Of a stretch of DNA of 52,067 nt, positions 1 to 8,166 are shown piece by piece (position 1 is the first letter of the stretch; each line of letters begins with the position of its first letter). The notes beneath the pieces were generated by a model. The model did no database searches. It saw only the letters and a program-made list of their open reading frames with translations, and was not told the DNA's origin. Source of the stretch: an uncultured Candidatus Saccharimonas sp. Its GTDB lineage: Bacteria > Patescibacteriota > Saccharimonadia > Saccharimonadales > Saccharimonadaceae. Location: contig CAZHFQ010000001.1 of assembly GCA_964531915.1 (NCBI GenBank), positions 1-52,067 on the forward strand, in the 5' to 3' direction. A program made the translations under genes and the position numbers.

Positions 1-393
1 AACAATATCAATCACCGAGACAACAGCCTGAATACCATCTCTTATGACGGTTGTTTTACCAATAGTTTGTCTGTTCAGATTTCGGAGTACGCGAGTTGTA
101 GTATATTGCTGAGTATAAAAAATACAGGCATTAATAATAATGATCGCAACGATAATTATCGCGTCCAGCATTTCATGACTAATTAGACTAACTAAAGCCG
201 CAAGCCCAAGTACAGCTACAAATACACTCTTAAAAGGTTCGATAATCAAAAGCCAAACGGATTGTCGTTTAAATTTCAGCCGATTCGGACCATATTGCTT
301 TAAACGCTTTGAGGATTCGTTTTTTGAGATACCGTTGTCAGACGTATCCAGAAGTTTGTACAGATTTTCTACTGTTTCTTTATACCAAATCAT
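1..393 (-). CDS. P-type cation-transporting ATPase, N-terminal fragment (continues beyond the window start)
   Basis: Own translation of the minus strand from the ATG at 393 gives MIWYKETVENLYKLLDTSDNGISKNESSKRLKQYGPNRLKFKRQSVWLLIIEPFKS..., followed by a hydrophobic helix. This is the usual Cation_ATPase_N plus first TM start of P2-type ATPases. It is absent from the ORF track because the window edge truncates it. Confidence 0.7.
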   Translation of the reverse strand, partial: MIWYKETVENLYKLLDTSDNGISKNESSKRLKQYGPNRLKFKRQSVWLLIIEPFKSVFVAVLGLAALVSLISHEMLDAIIIVAIIIINACIFYTQQYTTTRVLRNLNRQTIGKTTVIRDGIQAVVSVIDIV

Positions 394-636
394 TATCCTT
401 ATTATAACCTAAGGACAAGCCGATTATGGAACTTGGCGCTTTTTTGAATTATCGATTTTACTACCCCAAATAGACGTACTCCACAATCACAGCAATTTTT
501 TTAGTTATATTCTGTTTTGTAAGTGCGGGGCTGAATACTTATCAAAATATTGCTCTAGAATTGATTTCGATATTTTTGCATATAGGACATACAGATATTG
601 GGCAGTTTCTATGGCTCGGCATATCGGTCTTGAACA

Positions 637-999
637 TTACTCAGATTGCAATTTTGAATCAAGTATATGAGCACGCCTTTTTGGAGACTCATCAACCTTA
701 TCGAGTGAATCTGCCAGCTTATATGCTATATAGTTAATCCCTTTTCTAGCAAGTTCATCTATACTCTCTACAATAACCTTCGCTTTTGTTTTCCCTGATT
801 GATCAGCCGTAACATCAATAACAAACGCTTTTTCTAGTTTTTAATGCCACACTATCCACACGTGTTTACCTTTTATCCATTCGGATGAATCATTATAAAC
901 CCTGCCAACTGCAACTGAAAATTGCTCATTTGGGAATAACACCTTAAGTTTTTCCCATAAAAGCACCGGACTGGACTGTATATATGCTATTTTGTCCCA
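637..999 (-). pseudogene. Gene fragment with no start codon and an in-frame TAA (841-843); function unknown
   Basis: Own translation gives ...LWEKLKVLFPNEQFSVAVGRVYNDSSEWIKGKHVWIVWH*KLEKAFVIDVTADQSGKTKAKVIVESIDELARKG...SE*. One frame stays open across a single stop and has no ATG/GTG upstream. The H-x-W...D-x-T spacing faintly recalls transglutaminase-like cores, which is weak evidence. Confidence 0.3.
963..976. repeat. Possible degenerate copy of the tRNA-Asn 3' end (candidate distal att remnant)
   Basis: GCACCGG-ACTGGAC compares with GCTCCGGCGACTGGAC of the tRNA at 14549-14564, matching 13 of 14 aligned positions with a 2-nt gap. Similarity ends at the same TGGAC as in the copy at 4742-4759. 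Confidence 0.3.
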
Positions 1000-1110
1000 T
1001 CATATAGGTCACGAACCATTTGCCGACAAGGCGTCAAAAATACAAAAGGAGAGATCAGTCTGACGCATATTTTCAAGAAATAGATGCCATAATTATGATA
1101 TAATTAAAGT

Positions 1111-1236
1111 ATGAGCGAAAGCGAAAAGAAAAAACATTTAATAAACAGTGTCGCCCGCAGCATGGAAGCCGAGGGGTTTAACTTTGGCACTGTAAAAAAG
1201 ACTCTCGAAAGGCAATTACAGCAAACAAAGGGCTAA
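1111..1236 (+). CDS. VbhA-like antitoxin of class I Fic proteins (41 aa, below the ORF-track cutoff)
   Basis: Own translation gives MSEKKKHLINSVARSMEAEGFNFGTVKKTLERQLQQTKG-type sequence (MSESEKKKHLINSVARSMEAEGFNFG...). It contains the inhibitory-helix motif [S/T]xxxE[G/N] as S-MEA-E-G. Its stop lies 3 nt before the fic ATG. Confidence 0.65.
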   Translation: MSESEKKKHLINSVARSMEAEGFNFGTVKKTLERQLQQTKG

Positions 1237-1239
1237 TTT

Positions 1240-1815
1240 ATGACGGACTATTTCGTCGATGGCGATGAGGTCATAGATAACAAACTAGGGATATCTGACC
1301 CGCAAAAACTTAAAGTTGCAGAACAAGATATCGTTTCCAAAAAGTCAGCTATTATTATGAGTGAAGTCTCGACGATATTTGATTTTGAATTCTTGCTACA
1401 TATTCACAAAATACTATTTGAAGATATCTATAATTTTGCTGGGGAAATTCGTACTGTTGATATTACTAATCCCGAAGAACATATTCCGTTTGCTTATGCA
1501 AAGTTTATAAAACCAGAAGCTAAACGAATATTCCACAAGCTAAAGTCAAAAGAATATCTTGTCGGGTTAAATAAGGGGGAGTTTGTCAAAGAGGTTACCA
1601 GTCTATCTGCCGAATTAAATGCACTACACCCTTTCCGAGACGGCAATGGACGCATAATACGTTTATTTCTAATACTATTAGCTGATCATGCTGGTTATCT
1701 ATTAGATTATAGTCAGGTTTCAGCAAAAGAGCTTATAGAGGCATATAAGCTCGCATTTGAAGGTGATCCAAAACCACTGCTGATAGTTTATGGGAAGGCG
1801 ACAACCAAAACTTGA
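1240..1815 (+). CDS. Fic/DOC family protein (AMPylation-type toxin)
   Basis: The canonical Fic motif HxFx(D/E)GNGRxxR is present as HPFRDGNGRIIR. Size is 191 aa, and a VbhA-like small ORF lies directly upstream. Confidence 0.9.
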   Translation: MTDYFVDGDEVIDNKLGISDPQKLKVAEQDIVSKKSAIIMSEVSTIFDFEFLLHIHKILFEDIYNFAGEIRTVDITNPEEHIPFAYAKFIKPEAKRIFHKLKSKEYLVGLNKGEFVKEVTSLSAELNALHPFRDGNGRIIRLFLILLADHAGYLLDYSQVSAKELIEAYKLAFEGDPKPLLIVYGKATTKT

Positions 1816-1985
1816 TAGCCCATATGCAAATAATAATTTAAGCATTCGAGTGACAAGTCAGGGGACACGGTCTACCTCTTTGGGTGCTTGGTTTGGCTCG
1901 CACTAGCAAACGAATTGCGAACTGCAAGTATTGACTATGATAAACACCAAATTATGCAAATAAAGGAAATTATTGGAAACATAGC

Positions 1986-2642
1986 TTAATTCATCCCTTT
2001 ACATAATTCTTCTGTAAGCAAATGAACTGTCGTTGAAGGGTTTGCATCTACAGGTTTTGTCTTATTTTTGATAGTTTCCTTCAACATCTGTCTAGCTCGT
2101 TTAACTGCTTCGGGATAATTATCTCTGATTCTATCAAAAATATCTTCACCGTGTTTATAGCCACCTAAATGCTTCTTAAGCTTTTCCTCAATATCACGCC
2201 TATGCAACGTTGTTGATACTACTTGAAAGTGAAGTAAAAACCAAAGTTCAAATGCATCATTTGAATAAGCTACCTTTATGCCATTTTGGTTTGCTAAATA
2301 CAATGCCTGATTAAATGTTTCTTTATCATTGGTTTTCTTTAAATCAACATCACGGTCAAAAACCACCCAAGTCTCATCACTGTTTTTATCGTAAGCAAAT
2401 AAAGGCGATTTGATTATGTCTTTTCTTAGTTTAATAGCCTTCTTAACAAGACTAATTTTTGAGTCTTGTTTATCAATAGGTTCAATGCGAGGTCCTGTTG
2501 TGCTACGAAAATGCTCAAAGTATTGAGCTTCCGTCTTACCTTCAGTAACAATCAAAAAAAACTTACGTTCGTCTATTACACCAGAAGGTCTTTTGCCACT
2601 AAGTGCAAACCGACTTCTAGTTTTGCTTTGACGATGAACCAT
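1986..2642 (-). CDS. RloB/AbiLii-like Toprim-type protein
   Basis: RloB-family signatures are FLIVTEGKTEAQYF, TWVVFDRDVD and AYSNDAFELWFLLHF. It lies 8 nt downstream of the ATPase gene on the same strand. Confidence 0.8.
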   Translation of the reverse strand: MVHRQSKTRSRFALSGKRPSGVIDERKFFLIVTEGKTEAQYFEHFRSTTGPRIEPIDKQDSKISLVKKAIKLRKDIIKSPLFAYDKNSDETWVVFDRDVDLKKTNDKETFNQALYLANQNGIKVAYSNDAFELWFLLHFQVVSTTLHRRDIEEKLKKHLGGYKHGEDIFDRIRDNYPEAVKRARQMLKETIKNKTKPVDANPSTTVHLLTEELCKGMN

Positions 2643-2650
2643 ACTGCTAG

Positions 2651-3949
2651 CTAACTTTCTTCAAACTTCAGAACTGGCACTGCACCAAATCTACCCTCTA
2701 GATAGCGTTTAGCGAGCTCATATTCTTTCTTTGTTTTATACTCTGACAGGCATCGCAATATTGAAGCTTCGTTTGCACATTTATCAGCGAACCAAATCTG
2801 GTCTCTTCGTAAGTCGAGCCTACTGCTCTGGGTATTTTTAGTAAGCAAAAATGTTTCGTGGCTCGTAAAGATAAGTTGACTACCGTGTTTATTTAACATG
2901 GGATTTTGAAAAAGCTCAACAATCTTCTTTGTAAGGAATGGGTGTAAACTTGACCCAAGTTCATCAAACACAACAGTCTCGCCATTATTTAAAGCATTGA
3001 GCAATATTACAGCCAAAGCAAAAATCTTCTGAGTGCCCAGTGACTCCTCTCTGAAGTTAAAGAAATGACTCCCTTCCACTTTATTGCCATCATTGTCGTA
3101 AACCGAGTGTTGTGACATAATTTGGTAGTTGAAACCCGAGCCCTTAGCCATAATTGACTTAAGCTCTTCTGGAATACCTGGTGGCAACTCATTGGCATTA
3201 ATTTGCGACCTGTCTATAGACACGTCATTTATGTCTATATCTGCCTTCCTAATGAATTCTATAACTTGTGCCTGAAGTTTCTTATCGTTAAAACAACGGT
3301 CTAACGCATAACTTAATAGGTTATTTGTGTCAGTGCCTTCTATCAGTTTTATTTGGCTACCCACTAATTCGAGTAACCTATGTGAATATTGTTCTGCAAG
3401 ATTTCCAAATACATTGACTGCTAGAGCCGTATTTAGAACACGTTTTACTAAAGGCTCAAGGTCACTCTTAACCGTCTTATCAAATGTGAAGTTGTTGCCA
3501 CTTCGCTCAAAGATAAGTCGTGAACGACGATTTTTTTGCGGTCTATCTATCAGTTCAAGCCATTCAGAAACCACGCCAAAACTATTAACCTCAAAGCCAT
3601 AGTTAAACTGCGAGACAGTATGCTCATCCCACAAAGATATCTCAAAGTGGATAGGCTCTTTACTGCTATTTGTATTTAATAAAAATGGCTGTAAAAGCGG
3701 GTGCTTATTAATAGGAAAATTCGTAGGATTTGCATTCAAAATCGAACTTACCATACAAACCAATGCTTTAATTACATTAGACTTTCCCCCAGCGTTTTGA
3801 CCAAATATACCAGCAACTGGTAAAATATTGTCGCCAAAAGCTGTGGTTGATATTGCGATGCCATCATCCTTTAGAGGCTCTGCTAATAGAGATAAGCTAG
3901 ACGCTTCCTTGAACGACCTATAGTTCTTAATAGTGAAATCTATAATCAT
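2651..3949 (-). CDS. AAA_21/ABC-type ATPase, AbiLi-like (RloA-like)
   Basis: The N-terminus is MIIDFTIKNYRSFK. Walker A is GQNAGGKSN, Walker B is VVFDELGSSLHP, and an H-loop-like FTSHE is present. The track ORF starts at GTG 3958, but ATG 3949 gives the family-typical N-terminus. Confidence 0.8.
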   Translation of the reverse strand: MIIDFTIKNYRSFKEASSLSLLAEPLKDDGIAISTTAFGDNILPVAGIFGQNAGGKSNVIKALVCMVSSILNANPTNFPINKHPLLQPFLLNTNSSKEPIHFEISLWDEHTVSQFNYGFEVNSFGVVSEWLELIDRPQKNRRSRLIFERSGNNFTFDKTVKSDLEPLVKRVLNTALAVNVFGNLAEQYSHRLLELVGSQIKLIEGTDTNNLLSYALDRCFNDKKLQAQVIEFIRKADIDINDVSIDRSQINANELPPGIPEELKSIMAKGSGFNYQIMSQHSVYDNDGNKVEGSHFFNFREESLGTQKIFALAVILLNALNNGETVVFDELGSSLHPFLTKKIVELFQNPMLNKHGSQLIFTSHETFLLTKNTQSSRLDLRRDQIWFADKCANEASILRCLSEYKTKKEYELAKRYLEGRFGAVPVLKFEES

Positions 3950-4450
3950 AGTGTCCACATTATAGCGTATTCTTTTATAAAAAACAATACTTTATGCGAA
4001 AAAATCGCATAATTTGTATAAATATACCAAGAAATAGTTATATTTTGCGATTTACAACTTACATAGCCAATTATTTTTCATAAATGTTAGTCATAGGGGG
4101 GTGGTCGCCCTATATCTTACGATTTTATACTCAGCCGTATATATACTCAATTTTTGGGGCTATTTTTTGACAGGCATTTTTTAATTTGGAAAATTATCTA
4201 TTTCTGGACCTAGTCTGCCCTGATATTTACTATCAACCATAAGCCCATTCTTGTCATAGATATGAGTCTTTGATTTAGTAATTTCTTTATCAAGAAAAGA
4301 TAAAAAATCTTCATATAGTCGACGTGTATCTATATGAACCACATTGCCTTTGAAAATATGCCCTATTATAATGCCACCAGCCGAAGCAGTGACAGACCAG
4401 CATATTGTTTTGTCGCCTTTCTTAATATGTATGAGTCTATCGCTGTGAGA

Positions 4451-4834
4451 ATTACTACCGCTGACTACGACAAATATGTAACAAAATACAAGGCAGAAAG
4501 AGATGAATTGGAATATAAATTGGTTGAATATACTAATAACGACAAGTCATTCATTTTAACCGCCGAACATCTGTTACGACTAGCTCAAAATGCCCAAACA
4601 ATCTTCCAAAGTTCGCAACCTGCTCAAAAGAACAAAATCCTGAAGACCCTACTTGCGAACTGCAAAATAGACCAAAAAAGGCTTCAACTTAACCTGTTAA
4701 AGCCCTTTGGTAGCATCATTGCTGACGCCAAATCTCAATCTTGGCTCCCCTTAGTGGACGTACTTCGCAACTTTGACTCAGGGCAAGTAAGTTTAGCCAC
4801 TACAGGCCTGGTTTCCACACGCCAAATAGATTAG
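4451..4834 (+). pseudogene. 3' remnant of a large serine recombinase (paralogue of 13107-14576)
   Basis: The track ORF 4334-4834 aligns colinearly with the C-terminal ~125 aa of the intact recombinase from residue ~40 onward. Matching pairs include ISEELYNKKFEEYRS / ITTADYDKYVTKYKA, HLLNLAKDAPKLF / HLLRLAQNAQTIF, KRSMINLVLSN / KNKILKTLLAN and NWLRRLD / SWLPLVD. The catalytic and zinc-ribbon domains are missing, and the stop codon of the intact copy is lost. Confidence 0.7.
4742..4759. repeat. Diverged copy of the tRNA-Asn 3' end (displaced att remnant)
   Basis: TGGCTCCCCTTAGTGGAC compares with TGGCTCCGGCGACTGGAC at 14547-14564. It sits at the same position relative to the recombinase C-terminus as in the intact copy. 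Confidence 0.55.
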
Positions 4835-6011
4835 TTGCTTCTGGCTTATCCGAAGAAACCGGTTGGATGTAAGCATGTATTTCGGAGCATTTGTTTGGTA
4901 TTTTTATAGCGTTTGACCTATCCCCAAGAGAAGTCCAAACAACGCTACCGCCAGCTATTTGCCACCCAAACCAGTATGCCTTGAAACCCTTATCCGCCGT
5001 GCCATCCGAATAGAACGCGACTGCTTTTAGGTTTACGTTGTCATCGACGATTGCTATGCGACGTATATCCTGTATGCCTCGTAATTTTGGTTTATATGAA
5101 ATCATTAATTCCTTAACTTGTCTCGCAGAAAGTCTTTGCGAATAATTATCTTTTCTAAGATAGGCATCGTCCTTGTAGAATATTACTTCTCCAGTACTTC
5201 TAAATACGGCAGGTATTTTAATGCGCATTATCATTTTTGACTTAAATGATATAAGTTGTATTCTCAATTTCGACACATCAATGTCAGTATTACTACTAAT
5301 ATAGTCAATCATTTTTGACCTGTTTGTATCAATATCCTTTGGCAAACCGAAGGCGAAAAATTTACCGATTATATGATCTGCAACGTCACTCGATAGAATA
5401 TCCCTCTCTTCCGCAATCCCAATATATAGGTCACCGCCATCAGTATTCGCAAATGCAGAAATAGTCTTAGCTATACCCTCCCTAAGATTAAAAGATTTTT
5501 TACATTCAATATGACCGTTTTCGTCGTTGGCAAGAGCAGTACTAAGACCGTTTTCATTATTTGATAATAGTTTATTTTTCACTTTTAAACTAACTAGACG
5601 AGGTATGTGATTAGCTGTTTCAAATCCACTAAGGCACTCTCTGATTATTTTTGAAACATCAGAGCTTTTCATATCACCAAGCAAGCCCACTCTTTGGCTA
5701 TATTTTAACTTCACCAACCTAGAAACAATAAATGTCTCTCTATGCATCCTTTCATAACGCAATTGATCTTCCGAATAATTTGAAAGATTTTTAATCTCAT
5801 CCAGTTCCTGAATAGCCTTCTTTACACTGTTACAATTATACTCTATGAAGCCGTCTATATTATTATTAATCAAAGCTTCGTCGGCATGTCGTCGTAACGA
5901 CGTAAAACCATCTTTAAACTCCACAATCCCATACTTTTGCTTTGATTTACTGACTGACATCTTATTATTTATATTAGCACTGAAATACCCTAAACTCATT
6001 ATAAGTTGCAC
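4800..6011 (-). CDS. Schlafen/AlbA_2-domain protein
   Basis: A central AlbA_2 signature is HIECKKSFNLREGIAKTISAFANTDGGDLYIGIAEERD. The flanking N- and C-terminal regions have no motif I recognise. The start may be Met18 (5960). Confidence 0.7.
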   Translation of the reverse strand: MQLIMSLGYFSANINNKMSVSKSKQKYGIVEFKDGFTSLRRHADEALINNNIDGFIEYNCNSVKKAIQELDEIKNLSNYSEDQLRYERMHRETFIVSRLVKLKYSQRVGLLGDMKSSDVSKIIRECLSGFETANHIPRLVSLKVKNKLLSNNENGLSTALANDENGHIECKKSFNLREGIAKTISAFANTDGGDLYIGIAEERDILSSDVADHIIGKFFAFGLPKDIDTNRSKMIDYISSNTDIDVSKLRIQLISFKSKMIMRIKIPAVFRSTGEVIFYKDDAYLRKDNYSQRLSARQVKELMISYKPKLRGIQDIRRIAIVDDNVNLKAVAFYSDGTADKGFKAYWFGWQIAGGSVVWTSLGDRSNAIKIPNKCSEIHAYIQPVSSDKPEATNLFGVWKPGL

Positions 6012-6064
6012 TGAAAGTGTTGTTGAAGTATGTCCTAATTATTTCGGTGTATTTTGCAAAAGAG

Positions 6065-7336
6065 CTAACTTTCGATTTTTTCGATAGAACTCAGTTCGGT
6101 AATTGGCTTAACGATTTCTTGAACTCTAGGGTTATATTCTCCAGTTAGGGTCGCTATTGCTGCTAACCCTATGTGATAGCCAAGGTTTACAGGAACTGCA
6201 TTTCCAATTTGTTTGTATTGTGAAGACATAGATCCCATAAATAACCATTCATCTGGAAATGTCTGAATACGCGCATATTCTCTTACATTTAATGGTCGAG
6301 TCTCTTCAGGATGACACCTTTCAGTTTGTTTTTGTCCTGGGTTACATGTCAGTGTTAGGCTTGGTTCATTCCAAGAAAGTCGTCGAGCCATTCCTGTCTT
6401 GCCTCCTCCTAGATAAAAACTACCCATCATGTATTCTTTTTGGATTTCTAAAGGCAGGTCTCTCCAATATCCACTTTCAGGCACTAAAGAGAGCACTTTC
6501 TTTTTCTTTTCAGAATATTCTTGCCCTTCCGATTTTGGCTTATCGCCGATAGCTTCTCTCAGTGATATCGTATAGTCTCTCTCACGTGGAAAAACAATAG
6601 GATTATCTATATCCTTGCGAACTGCAAATATTAATAATCTTTCTCGCTTCTGTGGAACATCAAGATATTGAGCACGTAAAACCTTATATGCCACATTGTA
6701 GCCCAAGCCCTGTAGGGTTTTGATCATTGCCCTAAGTGTCTTGCCTTCATCGTGCATAACAAGACCTCTTACATTCTCCCCGATAGCAATTTTAGGCTGC
6801 ACTTCTTTTATAGCTCGCGCGAACTGGTAGAATAGGGTTCCTCTAGTATCCGCGAAACCTCTACCTCGACCCGCATAACTAAAAGCCTGACAAGGGAATC
6901 CACCCTCTATTAGATCCACCCTTCCTTTATAATGACAAAAATCGATGCTTGCTACATCATCGTGAATGACGTTCCAATTTGGTTTATTCTTAATTAAAGT
7001 GGCAGCAGCATCTTTATTAAACTCATTAAGCATAATGTGCCTTACTCCTGCATTCTCAAGACCAAGGGCAGTTCCACCGGCTCCGGCGAATAAATCAATA
7101 GCTGTAAATGGTGATTTCTTCTTTGATTTTAGGATTTTATAGTTATTCCCTGTGTGTGTTCCATTAACTTTAGAATATATGCGCTGAACTTCATTAATAT
7201 TAAAAAGTCGATAATTTTTGTTTGAACGTATCGCCTTAATGAGACCCTTCTTTTCCCATCTGCGTATCGTATCTACCGATACGCCTATTTTTTTCGCCGC
7301 CTCTACAATCGTCAATAAGTCATCAATCATAACCAT
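6065..7336 (-). CDS. DNA (cytosine-5)-methyltransferase with an N-terminal MerR-type HTH
   Basis: C5-MTase motifs are FAGAGG (I), GGFPCQAFS (IV), ENV (VI), QKRERL (VIII) and GNAVP (X). The first ~55 aa (LTIVEAAKKIGVSVDTIRRWEKKGLIKAIRSNKNYRLF) form a MerR-like HTH. Confidence 0.9.
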   Translation of the reverse strand: MVMIDDLLTIVEAAKKIGVSVDTIRRWEKKGLIKAIRSNKNYRLFNINEVQRIYSKVNGTHTGNNYKILKSKKKSPFTAIDLFAGAGGTALGLENAGVRHIMLNEFNKDAAATLIKNKPNWNVIHDDVASIDFCHYKGRVDLIEGGFPCQAFSYAGRGRGFADTRGTLFYQFARAIKEVQPKIAIGENVRGLVMHDEGKTLRAMIKTLQGLGYNVAYKVLRAQYLDVPQKRERLLIFAVRKDIDNPIVFPRERDYTISLREAIGDKPKSEGQEYSEKKKKVLSLVPESGYWRDLPLEIQKEYMMGSFYLGGGKTGMARRLSWNEPSLTLTCNPGQKQTERCHPEETRPLNVREYARIQTFPDEWLFMGSMSSQYKQIGNAVPVNLGYHIGLAAIATLTGEYNPRVQEIVKPITELSSIEKIES

Positions 7337-7344
7337 ATTATTGC

Positions 7345-7373
7345 AGTAACCATTGCATAATGCAAGGGTTACT
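7345..7373. promoter_or_regulatory. 29-bp near-perfect palindrome between the REase stop and the MTase start (candidate operator or RNA hairpin)
   Basis: The sequence is AGTAACCATTGCAT-A-ATGCAAGGGTTACT, with arms complementary at 13 of 14 positions. A GGTTACC site also occurs at 8105-8111 in the region upstream of the REase gene. Confidence 0.4.
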
Positions 7374-8076
7374 ATGACAATATATATGCACGGTTAAATA
7401 ATTCTATAAATACTGTGGAGTTACGAAGCTCAGCTTCCTCTACATTTAAGATACTAGCAAGAATAGTGGGTAAAACTTCATATAGCTTCTTAAGAGCATC
7501 CTCGTCTCCTGAAGCTAGCGCGTAAAAGCTTTTCCCGTCGATTTTCGCAATATCACTCCTTCGTGGTCTTGGTGTCCCTCTTTCGGAAGGTGTGAACGGT
7601 AATTCATATGGACGCGGCGTCTTAGGTATAACTTCCACAAGATATGCTTTTTTAATATTATCTCCGCTATAGTCTAAGTGTCTCTGTAGGTTATCATACA
7701 CGCTCAAGGCGCTTCTAGCATTCATTGTGTTATGTTTATTTTTGACTTCAGCAATAACCTTCAATGACTCATTTTTAACATCGTAGCTACCACCTCTTCC
7801 TGCGTTGTCCCAACCAGGCATATAACCTAGGATGTCCTGATGAAAATCACCAAGAGCGTTTGAAAATGCTTTTTGAATTTGCCGTGATTTTTCTTGCTCC
7901 ATCCACTCATCGGTCGATACACCCTGACGAGCAGCGTCAACCTGTGCAGAAAACGGGTCAATTACGTTCCTATACGGGTTTTTTTCCACTCTATTCTGGG
8001 CGGATAATGCCGCATTAACTAGAGTTCTCGTTGCTTGATATAAACTATCATCATTTATGAATGGTAAAAGTGACAT
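7372..8076 (-). CDS. Putative type II restriction endonuclease (PD-(D/E)xK; possibly Eco47II-like family)
   Basis: It lies directly upstream of the C5-MTase on the same strand with a 35-nt gap. A D...E-x-K-like core is SYDVKNESLKVIAEVKNKHNTMN. The 234-aa size fits small type IIP enzymes. The family assignment is from memory only. Confidence 0.5.
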   Translation of the reverse strand: MSLLPFINDDSLYQATRTLVNAALSAQNRVEKNPYRNVIDPFSAQVDAARQGVSTDEWMEQEKSRQIQKAFSNALGDFHQDILGYMPGWDNAGRGGSYDVKNESLKVIAEVKNKHNTMNARSALSVYDNLQRHLDYSGDNIKKAYLVEVIPKTPRPYELPFTPSERGTPRPRRSDIAKIDGKSFYALASGDEDALKKLYEVLPTILASILNVEEAELRNSTVFIELFNRAYILS

Positions 8077-8166
8077 ATATTATTTACTTCTTCTTATACT
8101 ACAAGGTTACCATAGAAAACAAATTATAGGCTATATAAGGCTGGGATATTATCACAACTTTCTATT

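Larger units (their letters stand above)
977..4759. mobile_element. Putative older, decayed integrative island (FicTA and AbiL-like cargo; recombinase reduced to a 3' remnant)
   Basis: Bounded on the right by a truncated serine-recombinase C-terminus plus a diverged tRNA 3' end (4451-4759), and on the left by the weak tRNA-like match at 963-976. The content is entirely accessory. Confidence 0.4.

Noticed and set aside
4195-4450. An open minus-strand frame (…KGDKTICWSVTASAGGIIIGHIFKGNVVHIDTRRLYEDFLSFLDKE…) considered as an IS630-like transposase remnant
   Set aside because: It has no start codon and no DDE or other catalytic motif. The resemblance is vague, and it partly overlaps the recombinase remnant. 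There is not enough evidence to call it.
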